From the NCBI GenBank assembly GCA_965656495.1, contig CBFHKU010000005.1, forward strand, positions 1-49,085: a stretch of DNA of 49,085 nt. The letters are read 5' to 3'. The notes below the pieces were generated by a model, which saw nothing but the letters and a program-made list of their open reading frames with translations, had not been told where the DNA came from and did not search any database. Below are positions 42,301-49,085 of this stretch, piece after piece (the first letter of the stretch is position 1; each line of letters begins with the position of its first letter). Origin of the DNA: Coraliomargaritaceae bacterium. GTDB lineage: Bacteria > Verrucomicrobiota > Verrucomicrobiia > Opitutales > Coraliomargaritaceae. A program made the translations under genes and the position numbers.

Positions 42301-42796
42301 CTTTTAGAGTGGAATCGACCATCTGCATGTGCAGCGGCGTGTCGTCATCATCCCAGCCAAGGACGCGGAGCTCAGCTAGACCGGAGCCGGGGTTTTCCAC
42401 GAAGTGGGCAAAGCTGATAGCGCGGTCGCTGGAATCGCCGAAGTTCGTGATAAAGAGCAGGTCGTTGGGTTGCCAGGCCATGCGCTCCGCCTTGTTGGCC
42501 GATTGGCGTTTCTTAATCACGAGGGAGCGCAGAATGCGGCGCATGACTGTAACGGGCAGTCTCTTATCATCGAACTCGACAAAGAAGATCCCCCACGGCT
42601 GTTCGCCTTCCAATGGGCGAAGCTGACGAATAGTTCGCACTTTAGCCGCATCTTCGCCACTAAGCCCGACTTCCTCGGGTTCGTAGTCGAAAGAGAGTTC
42701 CTCCGGTGTGAAGTCCTCAACGGGCCAGTCCAGCTCGTCACGGAGGTATTCGAGAAGTTGGTCGAAGTCGTTAATCGATTGAAGTAGTTGTGTCAT
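39308..42796 (-). CDS. N6-adenine DNA methyltransferase with Type ISP/IIG-like C-terminal TRD
   Basis: GVYYTP, motif I ILDPATGTATFL, motif IV VIGNPPY, DLHG, YRPFD, DFPRLP and IGGYQV..KWLKDRK. Confidence 0.9.
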   Translation of the reverse strand: MTQLLQSINDFDQLLEYLRDELDWPVEDFTPEELSFDYEPEEVGLSGEDAAKVRTIRQLRPLEGEQPWGIFFVEFDDKRLPVTVMRRILRSLVIKKRQSANKAERMAWQPNDLLFITNFGDSSDRAISFAHFVENPGSGLAELRVLGWDDDDTPLHMQMVDSTLKENLRWPDDVDHQDEWRATWAKAFILRHRHAITKSDQLAEELARVAKLLRKRLEDILRIETSGGQIRQLQKAFQDCLIHDMDNAGFADMFAQTVTYGLFSLACRRSFEDGGTAFAKEDLNHYFTSPFLRDMLSIFLGIKAQQGGLDFDEMGVSDVTDLLTSPDTHMPAILADFNNKTRGEDPVIHFYEHFLEAYEKVQRKRRGVYYTPQPVVSYIVRSVHELLQTEFDLKHGLADTTTWGEMLQRNSDLKLPPLTDEPDCKETISPDEPFVQILDPATGTATFLVQVIDVVHQHLQNMWEKGGLPTMPEIPKDKQAGAPPKSFVDYWQVYVSASLLPRLYGYELMMAPYAIAHMKIGLKLAETGYRFESQERAQIYLTNALEPWQNQLALPDFEALAQEAAVVNKIKRSKRFTVVIGNPPYSGISSNMSEYAQHIVDAYKFVDGAALNERKVWLQDDYVKFIRNAQTTIENSKVGLFSYITNHSYLDNPTFRGMRQSLMTTFTSFRALDLHGNTTRIEYPPVGVTDKNVFDIQQGVAVCLATRGGSNNGVEHADLWGLREAKYSWLAKRSVANSGFVALTPDSPYYFFEPQNTDYRDEYDSGWKINEAMPINCAGFITARDHFVVDLDKAALLERIDDFANLKKSDADIRAAHFAGCGSNKYPDGDTRGWKLPEARKLVAGDENWKERVKTCSYRPFDKRKVYWADWMVDWPRPEVSGHMLAGSNVAFHVCRQCVSEGWAHILVARGLIDDCYVSNKSRERGYAHPLYIYVSDGELAFGNDGEPNFAPAFLRQLASALNLPQAQPHNLPRGLTPEDIFHYAYGVFHSPGYRSRYTEFLKIDFPRLPLTSSLELFRELARLGCELTALHMLESPTLDEPITEFIGDDAQVSKVTYTPDNGGTVWIDGKGTAKEPKVGTSGFAPIPEEVWNFHIGGYQVCHKWLKDRKDRILTQEDIAHYHKIVIALTETIRLMAEIDEVIETHGGWPGAFQVESREGEP

Positions 42797-42799
42797 GAT

Positions 42800-43252
42800 T
42801 TAGACGGTGGATCCGTGAAGCGTATTCAAGAGTAAGAGTGAACCAGCTATGTAAGAAATTATAGTCAGACCATCCATGATCGCGGAGGGCCAAGTTAAGT
42901 TCGAGTAATACAAGCTTTTTATATAACTTTTCGTTTGCCTGAAACTCGCGTTTATCTCCCCTATATAAATGTAGCCCATTGCGATCTTATAGAGATATAC
43001 TTATAGCAATTGCAGGAAGCGACCGAAAAAGAATAAAGATATTACCAGCCAAACATTATTTGATTCACGCAAGGCCTCTCCAAATTCAACGTTAGTTGCA
43101 AAGAGAAAAGGGACACCAATTCCAAAAGCAACAAGCCAGTTCCTGAGGATTTTTGCATGATTTGCGTAGGCCTCGTAATATCCAGATTCATGCTCAGGAA
43201 TTTCACAGGCTTTCTGCTCAATCGCCTTAGTATGCTCGGTTTCTGGATTCAT
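42800..43252 (-). pseudogene. Decayed ~3-TM membrane protein gene
   Basis: After LQLL a TAA is followed in frame by VYLYKIAMGYIYIG; two further frame changes lead to WPSAIMDGLTIISYIAGSLLLL and a stop at 42800. AT-rich. Confidence 0.6.
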
Positions 43253-43276
43253 AGATACAGTCGCTTCAGGGAATGA

Positions 43277-46200
43277 TTAGTTCAACTCCATCCAGCACTT
43301 GAGCACGGGGGACACGCCGACAGGAGCTTGCAGCGGGCGCAGGTGCGATTTATTCAGGTCCTTCTCTACCTTTTCCCTAAGCTTGGTCAGGGCGGCTTGA
43401 TCGAATGCTGTTTTTCGAGGAGTGCTTTCGTCGGACCGTGCCAGCATGGCGATGCGGCCGGAGTCGGGGCTGATGAAGTTGCCCTCCAGGTCGTAGAGCA
43501 ACCAGAGGGTATCGCCTGCCGATTCGGCCCAGAGCGGCTCGCCTGTTTTCGGGTCGGGCATTTCAGGGTCCGGACGGGGGATGCGATAGCAGAAGAAGAC
43601 GGCTTTGGTCTTCGGGTCAGGTGATTCCTTTCCGCTGAATGTCTTGAGCGGATAATTGGGGAGTTTCGCAGCAAGCTCGGAGTGATCCTTAATCAGCTGT
43701 TGGTATTCGAGTGCCAGTTTCTCGGATACCGTCTGCTCGCCCTCGAATTGTTCGTTGATTTCTTTAATCGGGTCGAAGTCGTCGTCGGGGCGGAGTAGCT
43801 TTTTGCCCTCGATGCCGAATGCCTTTGAGATGACAAGTGTCTTCCGGTTTACGCGGTTGTAGATTTTGAGAAGCGTTTCTAGTTCGTCGGGCGGAAGGAA
43901 GTTCCAATAAACGACGCGGTTGCGGGTGCCTTCCTGCTCGGGGTGTGCGGCCAGTATCTGAGCTTCGATGTCCGGGTTCATCCGCCGGTCCACACGGCCG
44001 ATCCGCTGCATGAGTCGGACGGGGTTCCAATGGAGGTCGAAGTTGATCAGGCGGTTGGCGTCCTGCAGGTTGAGGCCTTCGGCAAGGACGTCTGTCGCAA
44101 TGAGGATGTCGATCGCCTTGTCTGCGGGTGGAACCGTGGCACCATTGTAATAGGGAGCGAAGCGGTGAATGACGGCGCTCCGCTGCTTCTGGTTGCTGCT
44201 GCCGTCGATGCGCTCGACGCGCTCTAGGCCCTTTTCCTTAAGATGGTGCTCCAGATAAACGGCCGTATCGGAGAACTCGGTAAAGATGATGACCTTACGC
44301 CCTTTGAGCTCCTTGTTGTCTTTGAGCAGTTTGGCGAGGGCGCTCAGTTTCGAGTCGCGGTCCGGGCGCACATCTTTGACCAATCGGAGGAAGTCGGCAA
44401 CTTGTTCCAGATCGTCCATGGTTTCATCGAACATGTCATCGACGCGGTAGATTTCGCGGTCGAGCTTATCCACTTCTTCGCGGTGGGCGTCGGTGATAAA
44501 CTCTTCCGCATCTTCGTCATCCGCCCAAAACTCGGCCTGTGTGCTCTGGGCGTGGCCAACCTTTTCCATAAGATCGGAATGCTTCGTCTTCCAGCGGTCG
44601 ATGCGTTTCAGGTCGTGGTCTCGGTCAGCATGCTCTTCCGCCCATGTGAGTAGTTTACGCAATAGCCGCCAGCATGACATCTCAAATGCTTTTGCTGAAC
44701 TCTCGAAGCGCTTGAGGAACAAGGTTCGGATGAGCGAGACGACCTGCTTCTGACGACCGCTCTCAAAGTCATCCTCAGTGGTTTCATCGACGAGGTAAGC
44801 AAGGGGGCTGTAAAGTGCCAGAGCGAAGAGTGGCTTTTCCTTGTCGAATGCTTTGGCGACGGCCTCCAGTAAGCGCCCGTAGGTGATCTTGAGCTGGTAG
44901 TTGGCAACTTGCGGGGCATCGCGATCGGGAAAGAGGACAGCGTTGGATGCTTCTAGGGTTTCACTGGCCCTGACGTAGCCACGGCTGCGTTGGACGACGA
45001 GTTCACCAAAGATGTCTCCAGCCTCTGTCGCATCGCGCAGGGCAGTAAGGTATTCGGTTTCTGCCAGACCTTCCGCCGTCTGCTTATGAAATTTCTTATC
45101 CAGTTCGTTGAAGTGGCTCTGCAGGTTATGGATGCCGAGATTGCGGGCGCCCTTCGAGAAGTAGGCTTGATCCTCGCCAGTAACGAGACCTGCAATGTGG
45201 CGAAAGTCGTGGACGCTGTTGTTGATGGGCGTCGCAGTTAGGAAGAAGACCTGCTTGGGGCGGCTATCCTGCTGGATGATGTAGCTCTGAAGCTTTCGAT
45301 AACGAGACATTTGCTTCTCTCCCGTCCCTGCGACACCGGGATTTCGGAAGTGGTGCGCTTCGTCGATGACGATCACGTCGGCATCCTTGATGGTCCGTGC
45401 AATACGATTTGGCCAGCCGTCGGAAGTGCGGGTTAGATCTGTATGGCTGTAGCTCACTAGAGGCTGGAAGTCGCTATCGAGGTGAGGGAGCAAGTTTTTG
45501 ATAACGGGCCCCCATACGTCTTCTTTTGCAGCTTTGGGTGCAAAAAGAGCGACTCGCTTGCCTTCTTTCACGATCATTCGCTCGATCAGCATCAGGCCGA
45601 CAAATGTTTTACCCAAACCAACGCCATCGCAGAGGTAGGCCAAACCGTAGCGGGTGGCGATCTCCATCAAGTTCTTGTAGGCGTCACGCTGGTAGCCTGC
45701 CAGCTTCTCGAAAATAATGGAATTTTCCCGATCCCACTGGTCGGGTGAAGGTCCCCTGTCCCTGGCGTATTCGTAGAGCGCCTTTGCCCATACCTCGAAA
45801 GGTGTCCGCTCTTTACTGTGATGCTCCATCACGCGGAGCACTTCGGGGGTCACGTCTTCGGCTTCTTCCCAATGCATTTCATACCAATTCTGCAGCGCAT
45901 TTACCTGCGAACCGGTGACCTGTATATTCAGTTCGACATTATCGCATAGGCCCGGATAGGTGAAGTTGGATGAGCCAACAAGGGCAGCAGAACCGATGAC
46001 AGCCTTCTCAGCATGGGTGATGTAGGCCTTTGCGTGAAACTTGTCCTTACGGTAAACGCGGCACTTGATTTGCCCGCTGCGCAAGGCTTCGACAATCGCA
46101 GGAACACCCTTCAGGAAGTCGTTCTGCTTCTTCTCCAACTCGATACTTTCGTCGAGAGTGGCCGTGATCTTCTCAAGACCAGCATTGAAGGCCTTCTTCG

Positions 46201-46411
46201 TCCTGAGAGAGACTTCGTCCCCCATTAGAATCCGGATCTCAGCGACCGATTGCCACGCACCATCTAAGGCGAGCAGACCTCCAAGCTCGAAGTAGCCGGT
46301 GGCAATATCCACGCCTTTCGATAGCTCGCACCATTCAAACAGGTAGCGCTTCACCTTCCAATCTGAATGTGTGTTATCTACGATGAAGAGTTCGCTTCCG
46401 ATGTTAGCCAT
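43277..46411 (-). CDS. PLD-nuclease + SF2 (SNF2-like) helicase fusion
   Basis: PLD HAK...GSSNFT...ELN; helicase DGVGLGKT, DEAHH, LTATP, EGLNLQ and QRIGRVDR. Confidence 0.9.
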   Translation of the reverse strand: MANIGSELFIVDNTHSDWKVKRYLFEWCELSKGVDIATGYFELGGLLALDGAWQSVAEIRILMGDEVSLRTKKAFNAGLEKITATLDESIELEKKQNDFLKGVPAIVEALRSGQIKCRVYRKDKFHAKAYITHAEKAVIGSAALVGSSNFTYPGLCDNVELNIQVTGSQVNALQNWYEMHWEEAEDVTPEVLRVMEHHSKERTPFEVWAKALYEYARDRGPSPDQWDRENSIIFEKLAGYQRDAYKNLMEIATRYGLAYLCDGVGLGKTFVGLMLIERMIVKEGKRVALFAPKAAKEDVWGPVIKNLLPHLDSDFQPLVSYSHTDLTRTSDGWPNRIARTIKDADVIVIDEAHHFRNPGVAGTGEKQMSRYRKLQSYIIQQDSRPKQVFFLTATPINNSVHDFRHIAGLVTGEDQAYFSKGARNLGIHNLQSHFNELDKKFHKQTAEGLAETEYLTALRDATEAGDIFGELVVQRSRGYVRASETLEASNAVLFPDRDAPQVANYQLKITYGRLLEAVAKAFDKEKPLFALALYSPLAYLVDETTEDDFESGRQKQVVSLIRTLFLKRFESSAKAFEMSCWRLLRKLLTWAEEHADRDHDLKRIDRWKTKHSDLMEKVGHAQSTQAEFWADDEDAEEFITDAHREEVDKLDREIYRVDDMFDETMDDLEQVADFLRLVKDVRPDRDSKLSALAKLLKDNKELKGRKVIIFTEFSDTAVYLEHHLKEKGLERVERIDGSSNQKQRSAVIHRFAPYYNGATVPPADKAIDILIATDVLAEGLNLQDANRLINFDLHWNPVRLMQRIGRVDRRMNPDIEAQILAAHPEQEGTRNRVVYWNFLPPDELETLLKIYNRVNRKTLVISKAFGIEGKKLLRPDDDFDPIKEINEQFEGEQTVSEKLALEYQQLIKDHSELAAKLPNYPLKTFSGKESPDPKTKAVFFCYRIPRPDPEMPDPKTGEPLWAESAGDTLWLLYDLEGNFISPDSGRIAMLARSDESTPRKTAFDQAALTKLREKVEKDLNKSHLRPLQAPVGVSPVLKCWMELN

Positions 46412-46412
46412 A

Positions 46413-47033
46413 TCAAAAATAATTCAAAAGTTCACTAACTGCAAAGAGCTTAACACCGCCTGTCGATCGAATCTTGCGAACCCCGTCGATAAAAGGCGTA
46501 ACCACCCAGACCTGGCACTGCAGTTTGTCGCCAATCAATTCCGCCTGGGCAATCGTCTTTTTAATATCCCCATCCACGTTAGCCTTACACTCTAACGCGA
46601 TCCGCCTCCTGTCCTGCTCGATCAAAAAGTCTGTCGAGTAAATCCCTTCACAATAGTCCTGCTGGTAGGTGATTCCTGCTTTGTCCAGTTCCCGAGCCAC
46701 GCTGCGCTTGAATTGGATCGACTGCGTCTTCCGCTCCAGGAACTGCTCCGCTCGCAGCCGCAGGATTTTCTTCTCAGCCGATGGCAATACCTGGTCCGAC
46801 TCCTCATCCAGCAATTCCGTCCCGGCAAAAGCCGCGACTAAGTGTCGCTCTTGCTCCTTCGTCTCGCAGGGCCGCTTCATGATTCGGGTCAGCGTGAACT
46901 GACGTGGCCGGCTCTGCCCATTCAAAATCTGGCTCACAGAAGTCGGCGTGATCCCAATGGATTCGGTCAGTTGCAGGCCGGAAGCCTTCTTTGCCTCGAT
47001 GGGCTGCCGCACAGCGTCTCCAAAAAGGTTCAT
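46413..47033 (-). CDS. XRE-family HTH fused to PD-(D/E)XK-like domain
   Basis: L...IGITPTSVSQILNG..RP HTH and C-terminal TDFLI...IALECK. Stop is 1 nt from the helicase start. Confidence 0.65.
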   Translation of the reverse strand: MNLFGDAVRQPIEAKKASGLQLTESIGITPTSVSQILNGQSRPRQFTLTRIMKRPCETKEQERHLVAAFAGTELLDEESDQVLPSAEKKILRLRAEQFLERKTQSIQFKRSVARELDKAGITYQQDYCEGIYSTDFLIEQDRRRIALECKANVDGDIKKTIAQAELIGDKLQCQVWVVTPFIDGVRKIRSTGGVKLFAVSELLNYF

Positions 47034-47212
47034 AGGAAAACAATATATGAATATCTTGGCATTAACAGGTGTTTACAGTAAACGATTTTTCTTACCCGAA
47101 CGTCAATGTGTTTATCCGAACAGGATTGTTTGCCTGGCTTGGGGTCCTCCGGCGCCGTGGCGTAGCTGCAGAGTAGCAGCTTGCGGTTTTAACTCCTGAT
47201 TGCACCGGGCAT

Positions 47213-47241
47213 AAAAAACCCCCGACCGGAGTCGGGGGTTT
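47213..47241 (-). terminator. Rho-independent terminator after tRNA
   Basis: AAACCCCCGAC-CGGA-GTCGGGGGTTT hairpin with a T-run on the minus strand. Confidence 0.85.
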
Positions 47242-47244
47242 AAA

Positions 47245-47321
<77 letters not shown>

Positions 47322-47396
47322 GTAAAGTCTTACGGTAAGAAGAAGATCTAAGCACCTGTGGGTCGTGCTGTAAAGCCTTTATTCTTGTTGCGGGGG

Positions 47397-48635
47397 TTAG
47401 AGAAAGGGGACGGGGTCGAATTGATCGCCCAGTATTTGTTGGGCGTCGGCCTGGAGCCATTGGTCGAGGACGGTATTGTAGATGCCCCGGAAATCGGTGG
47501 TGTATTGGAGGTCTTCTTTGGGGTCGAGGTTGAGGTCGGGGCGTTGGCCCAGAATGCCGCCTTTGACATCGCGGCCCATCACGAAGAGGGGGGCGGCGGT
47601 GCCGTGGTCGGTGCCGGCGCTGCCGTTTTCAGCGGCGCGGCGTCCAAATTCGGAGAAGGTCATGGTGAGGACTTGGTCGTCGCGTTTATTCGCTTTGAGG
47701 TCGCGTTGGAAGGCAGCCATGGAATTTGCGAGGTCGCCGAGGAGCTCGGTGTGTTTTTCGAGTTGTCCGGCGTGGGTGTCGTAGCCGGTTTGGGAGACGT
47801 AATAGACGCGGGTCTCCATGTCGGCATGAATGAGGGCGGCAATGCGTTTGAGGGATTGGCCGAGATTACTGGAGGGGTATTGGACTTGGGTTTTGTAATT
47901 GGCAAGGTGGGTCTCGACGCGGCGTTCTGTGACGAGGGTATTCATCATGGTTTGCTGCAAATAGGAGGGGGAGCCTTCGATGTGCGGTTCGTTGAGGAGG
48001 GTCTCATAGGCGATGTCGGAGGGGGATTTGCGGCGGTTGAAGCTTCCGCTGGAACGCATTCCAAAGATGGAGGCGGGTTTGTCGGTGAGGTAGCTTTGCG
48101 GGATAATATCGCCGATGTGGATCGCGCTGGGGTCAGCCTGTTCGGGGGTGCCGGAGCAATTGTTGTCGAGGTAGCGCCCGAGCCAACCGGTGGTGCCGTA
48201 TTCGTCGCTATCGGAGGCGGTTTCCCAGATTTCGGTGGAACGAAAGTGGCTGCGGCTGGGGTTGGGGTACCCAACGTTTTGAATAATGCTGAGGTTGCCC
48301 TGATCGAGGAGGTTGCGGAATTGCCCGAGGGCGGGGTGCAGGGCGAGGTGGTCGTCCACCACATGAATATTTTCGCGGATTGAGAGGTTGGGTCGCAGGC
48401 GGAAGTAGTTGTCGTCGGTAAAGGGGATGAGGGTATTGAGTCCGTCGTTGCCGCCGCCGAGTTGAATCATGACGAGGATGGGGCGGTCGCGTTCGGGGCC
48501 GGGGTTTTGGGCGTAAGCGCTCTGGGTAAGGAAGGCGGGTGCGAATCCACTGAAGGCGAGGAAGCCGAGGCCGCCGCCGGCGCTCTGGCGGATGAATTCG
48601 CGGCGGGTTAGGGGCGAAGGTAGTTTTTTGCTCAT
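47397..48635 (-). CDS. DUF1501 domain protein with Tat signal
   Basis: TRREFI, LGGGNDGLN, RSHF, GWLGR, YDTH, SEFGR and GTDHG. Confidence 0.88.
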   Translation of the reverse strand: MSKKLPSPLTRREFIRQSAGGGLGFLAFSGFAPAFLTQSAYAQNPGPERDRPILVMIQLGGGNDGLNTLIPFTDDNYFRLRPNLSIRENIHVVDDHLALHPALGQFRNLLDQGNLSIIQNVGYPNPSRSHFRSTEIWETASDSDEYGTTGWLGRYLDNNCSGTPEQADPSAIHIGDIIPQSYLTDKPASIFGMRSSGSFNRRKSPSDIAYETLLNEPHIEGSPSYLQQTMMNTLVTERRVETHLANYKTQVQYPSSNLGQSLKRIAALIHADMETRVYYVSQTGYDTHAGQLEKHTELLGDLANSMAAFQRDLKANKRDDQVLTMTFSEFGRRAAENGSAGTDHGTAAPLFVMGRDVKGGILGQRPDLNLDPKEDLQYTTDFRGIYNTVLDQWLQADAQQILGDQFDPVPFL

Positions 48636-48656
48636 TGGTATTCTAAAGGGGTTTGG

Positions 48657-49085
48657 TTAACAGAGATTGTAGGCGGGGGATTGAAGGAGCCCAATGACGG
48701 TGTTGCGGAGGTTCCAGTGCGGCTTCCCGTCTATGTTTTCTTCAATCATTTTAATAATGGCGGGTCGATAGGTGTCGCGGGATGGAGCCGTTATGAAATA
48801 GGTGGTGAGGTGGTCGGCGATTCCTTCGGGGTCGAGTTTCATGAGTTTGCCGAGGCGATCGGGGGTAACTTGGAAGTTGGCGTGATTGTTCTCGCGGGCA
48901 GCTTTGAGGGCTTTTTTGTCATTTCCGTTGAGTCGTTTCTCATTGACCGGGGTGAAGAGGTAATCGACGAGCTGGCGGCGTCCGCTGATGGTGGTGGAGT
49001 TGATCCAATTTTGGCCGTAGAGCCAGCCGCGGACGTTGGGCGGGTTGTAGAAGTTTTGACCCATGGTGCGCATGGCATGGAGGGT
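48657..49085 (-). CDS. DUF1800 family protein, C-terminal part (truncated by window edge)
   Basis: MGQ..Y.PP.V.GW and terminal LL.SP.Y motif; canonical position upstream of DUF1501. Confidence 0.8.
   Translation of the reverse strand, partial: TLHAMRTMGQNFYNPPNVRGWLYGQNWINSTTISGRRQLVDYLFTPVNEKRLNGNDKKALKAARENNHANFQVTPDRLGKLMKLDPEGIADHLTTYFITAPSRDTYRPAIIKMIEENIDGKPHWNLRNTVIGLLQSPAYNLC

Larger units (their letters stand above)
35604..47144. mobile_element. Putative genomic (defence) island bounded by a 22-bp direct repeat
   Basis: GGATTGTTTGCC(C/T)GGCTTGGGG at 35604-35625 and 47123-47144. All enclosed genes are on the minus strand; ~100 bp from the tRNA 3' end; no integrase seen. Confidence 0.6.

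Noticed and set aside
39308..46411. Canonical DISARM or BREX
   Set aside because: No DUF1998/DrmB, separate DrmA, PglZ or BrxC recognised.

Overview
GC-rich bacterial chromosome segment. Gene content and style suggest Verrucomicrobiota (Opitutae/Puniceicoccaceae-like), which is an inference. The housekeeping backbone is glgB (partial), an M42 peptidase, a flavoprotein disulfide reductase, an O-antigen ligase, DJ-1, aroC, parC, pckG, pyc, parE, SPFH, queG, folA, thyA, DUF721/DciA, rpsA, a SWIM-SNF2 helicase, an ArsR-methyltransferase, radC, rlmN, tRNA-fMet, DUF1501 and DUF1800. Three accessory layers sit on top of it. (1) Intergenic mosaics built from two GT(A/G)G-type REP hairpins plus a shared vocabulary of 6-10-bp microsatellite modules (636-1360, 2550-2790, 3434-4170, 32348-33072, 34230-34851). 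(2) Four type II toxin-antitoxin operons plus an orphan AbrB-like gene; two of the TA operons sit behind a duplicated 244-bp block, the second copy of which is preceded by a diverged copy of the rlmN 3' end. (3) An ~11.5-kb co-oriented defence-like island bounded by a 22-bp direct repeat (35604-35625 / 47123-47144) next to tRNA-fMet. In transcription order it encodes XRE-nuclease, PLD-SF2 helicase, a decayed membrane gene, an m6A MTase with Type ISP-like TRD, a HEPN protein, a DUF3800-like remnant with a structured RNA, an Mrr-N protein and RecQ. A candidate ~100-nt sRNA lies upstream of rpsA. All family assignments come from visual motif recognition, not database searches.
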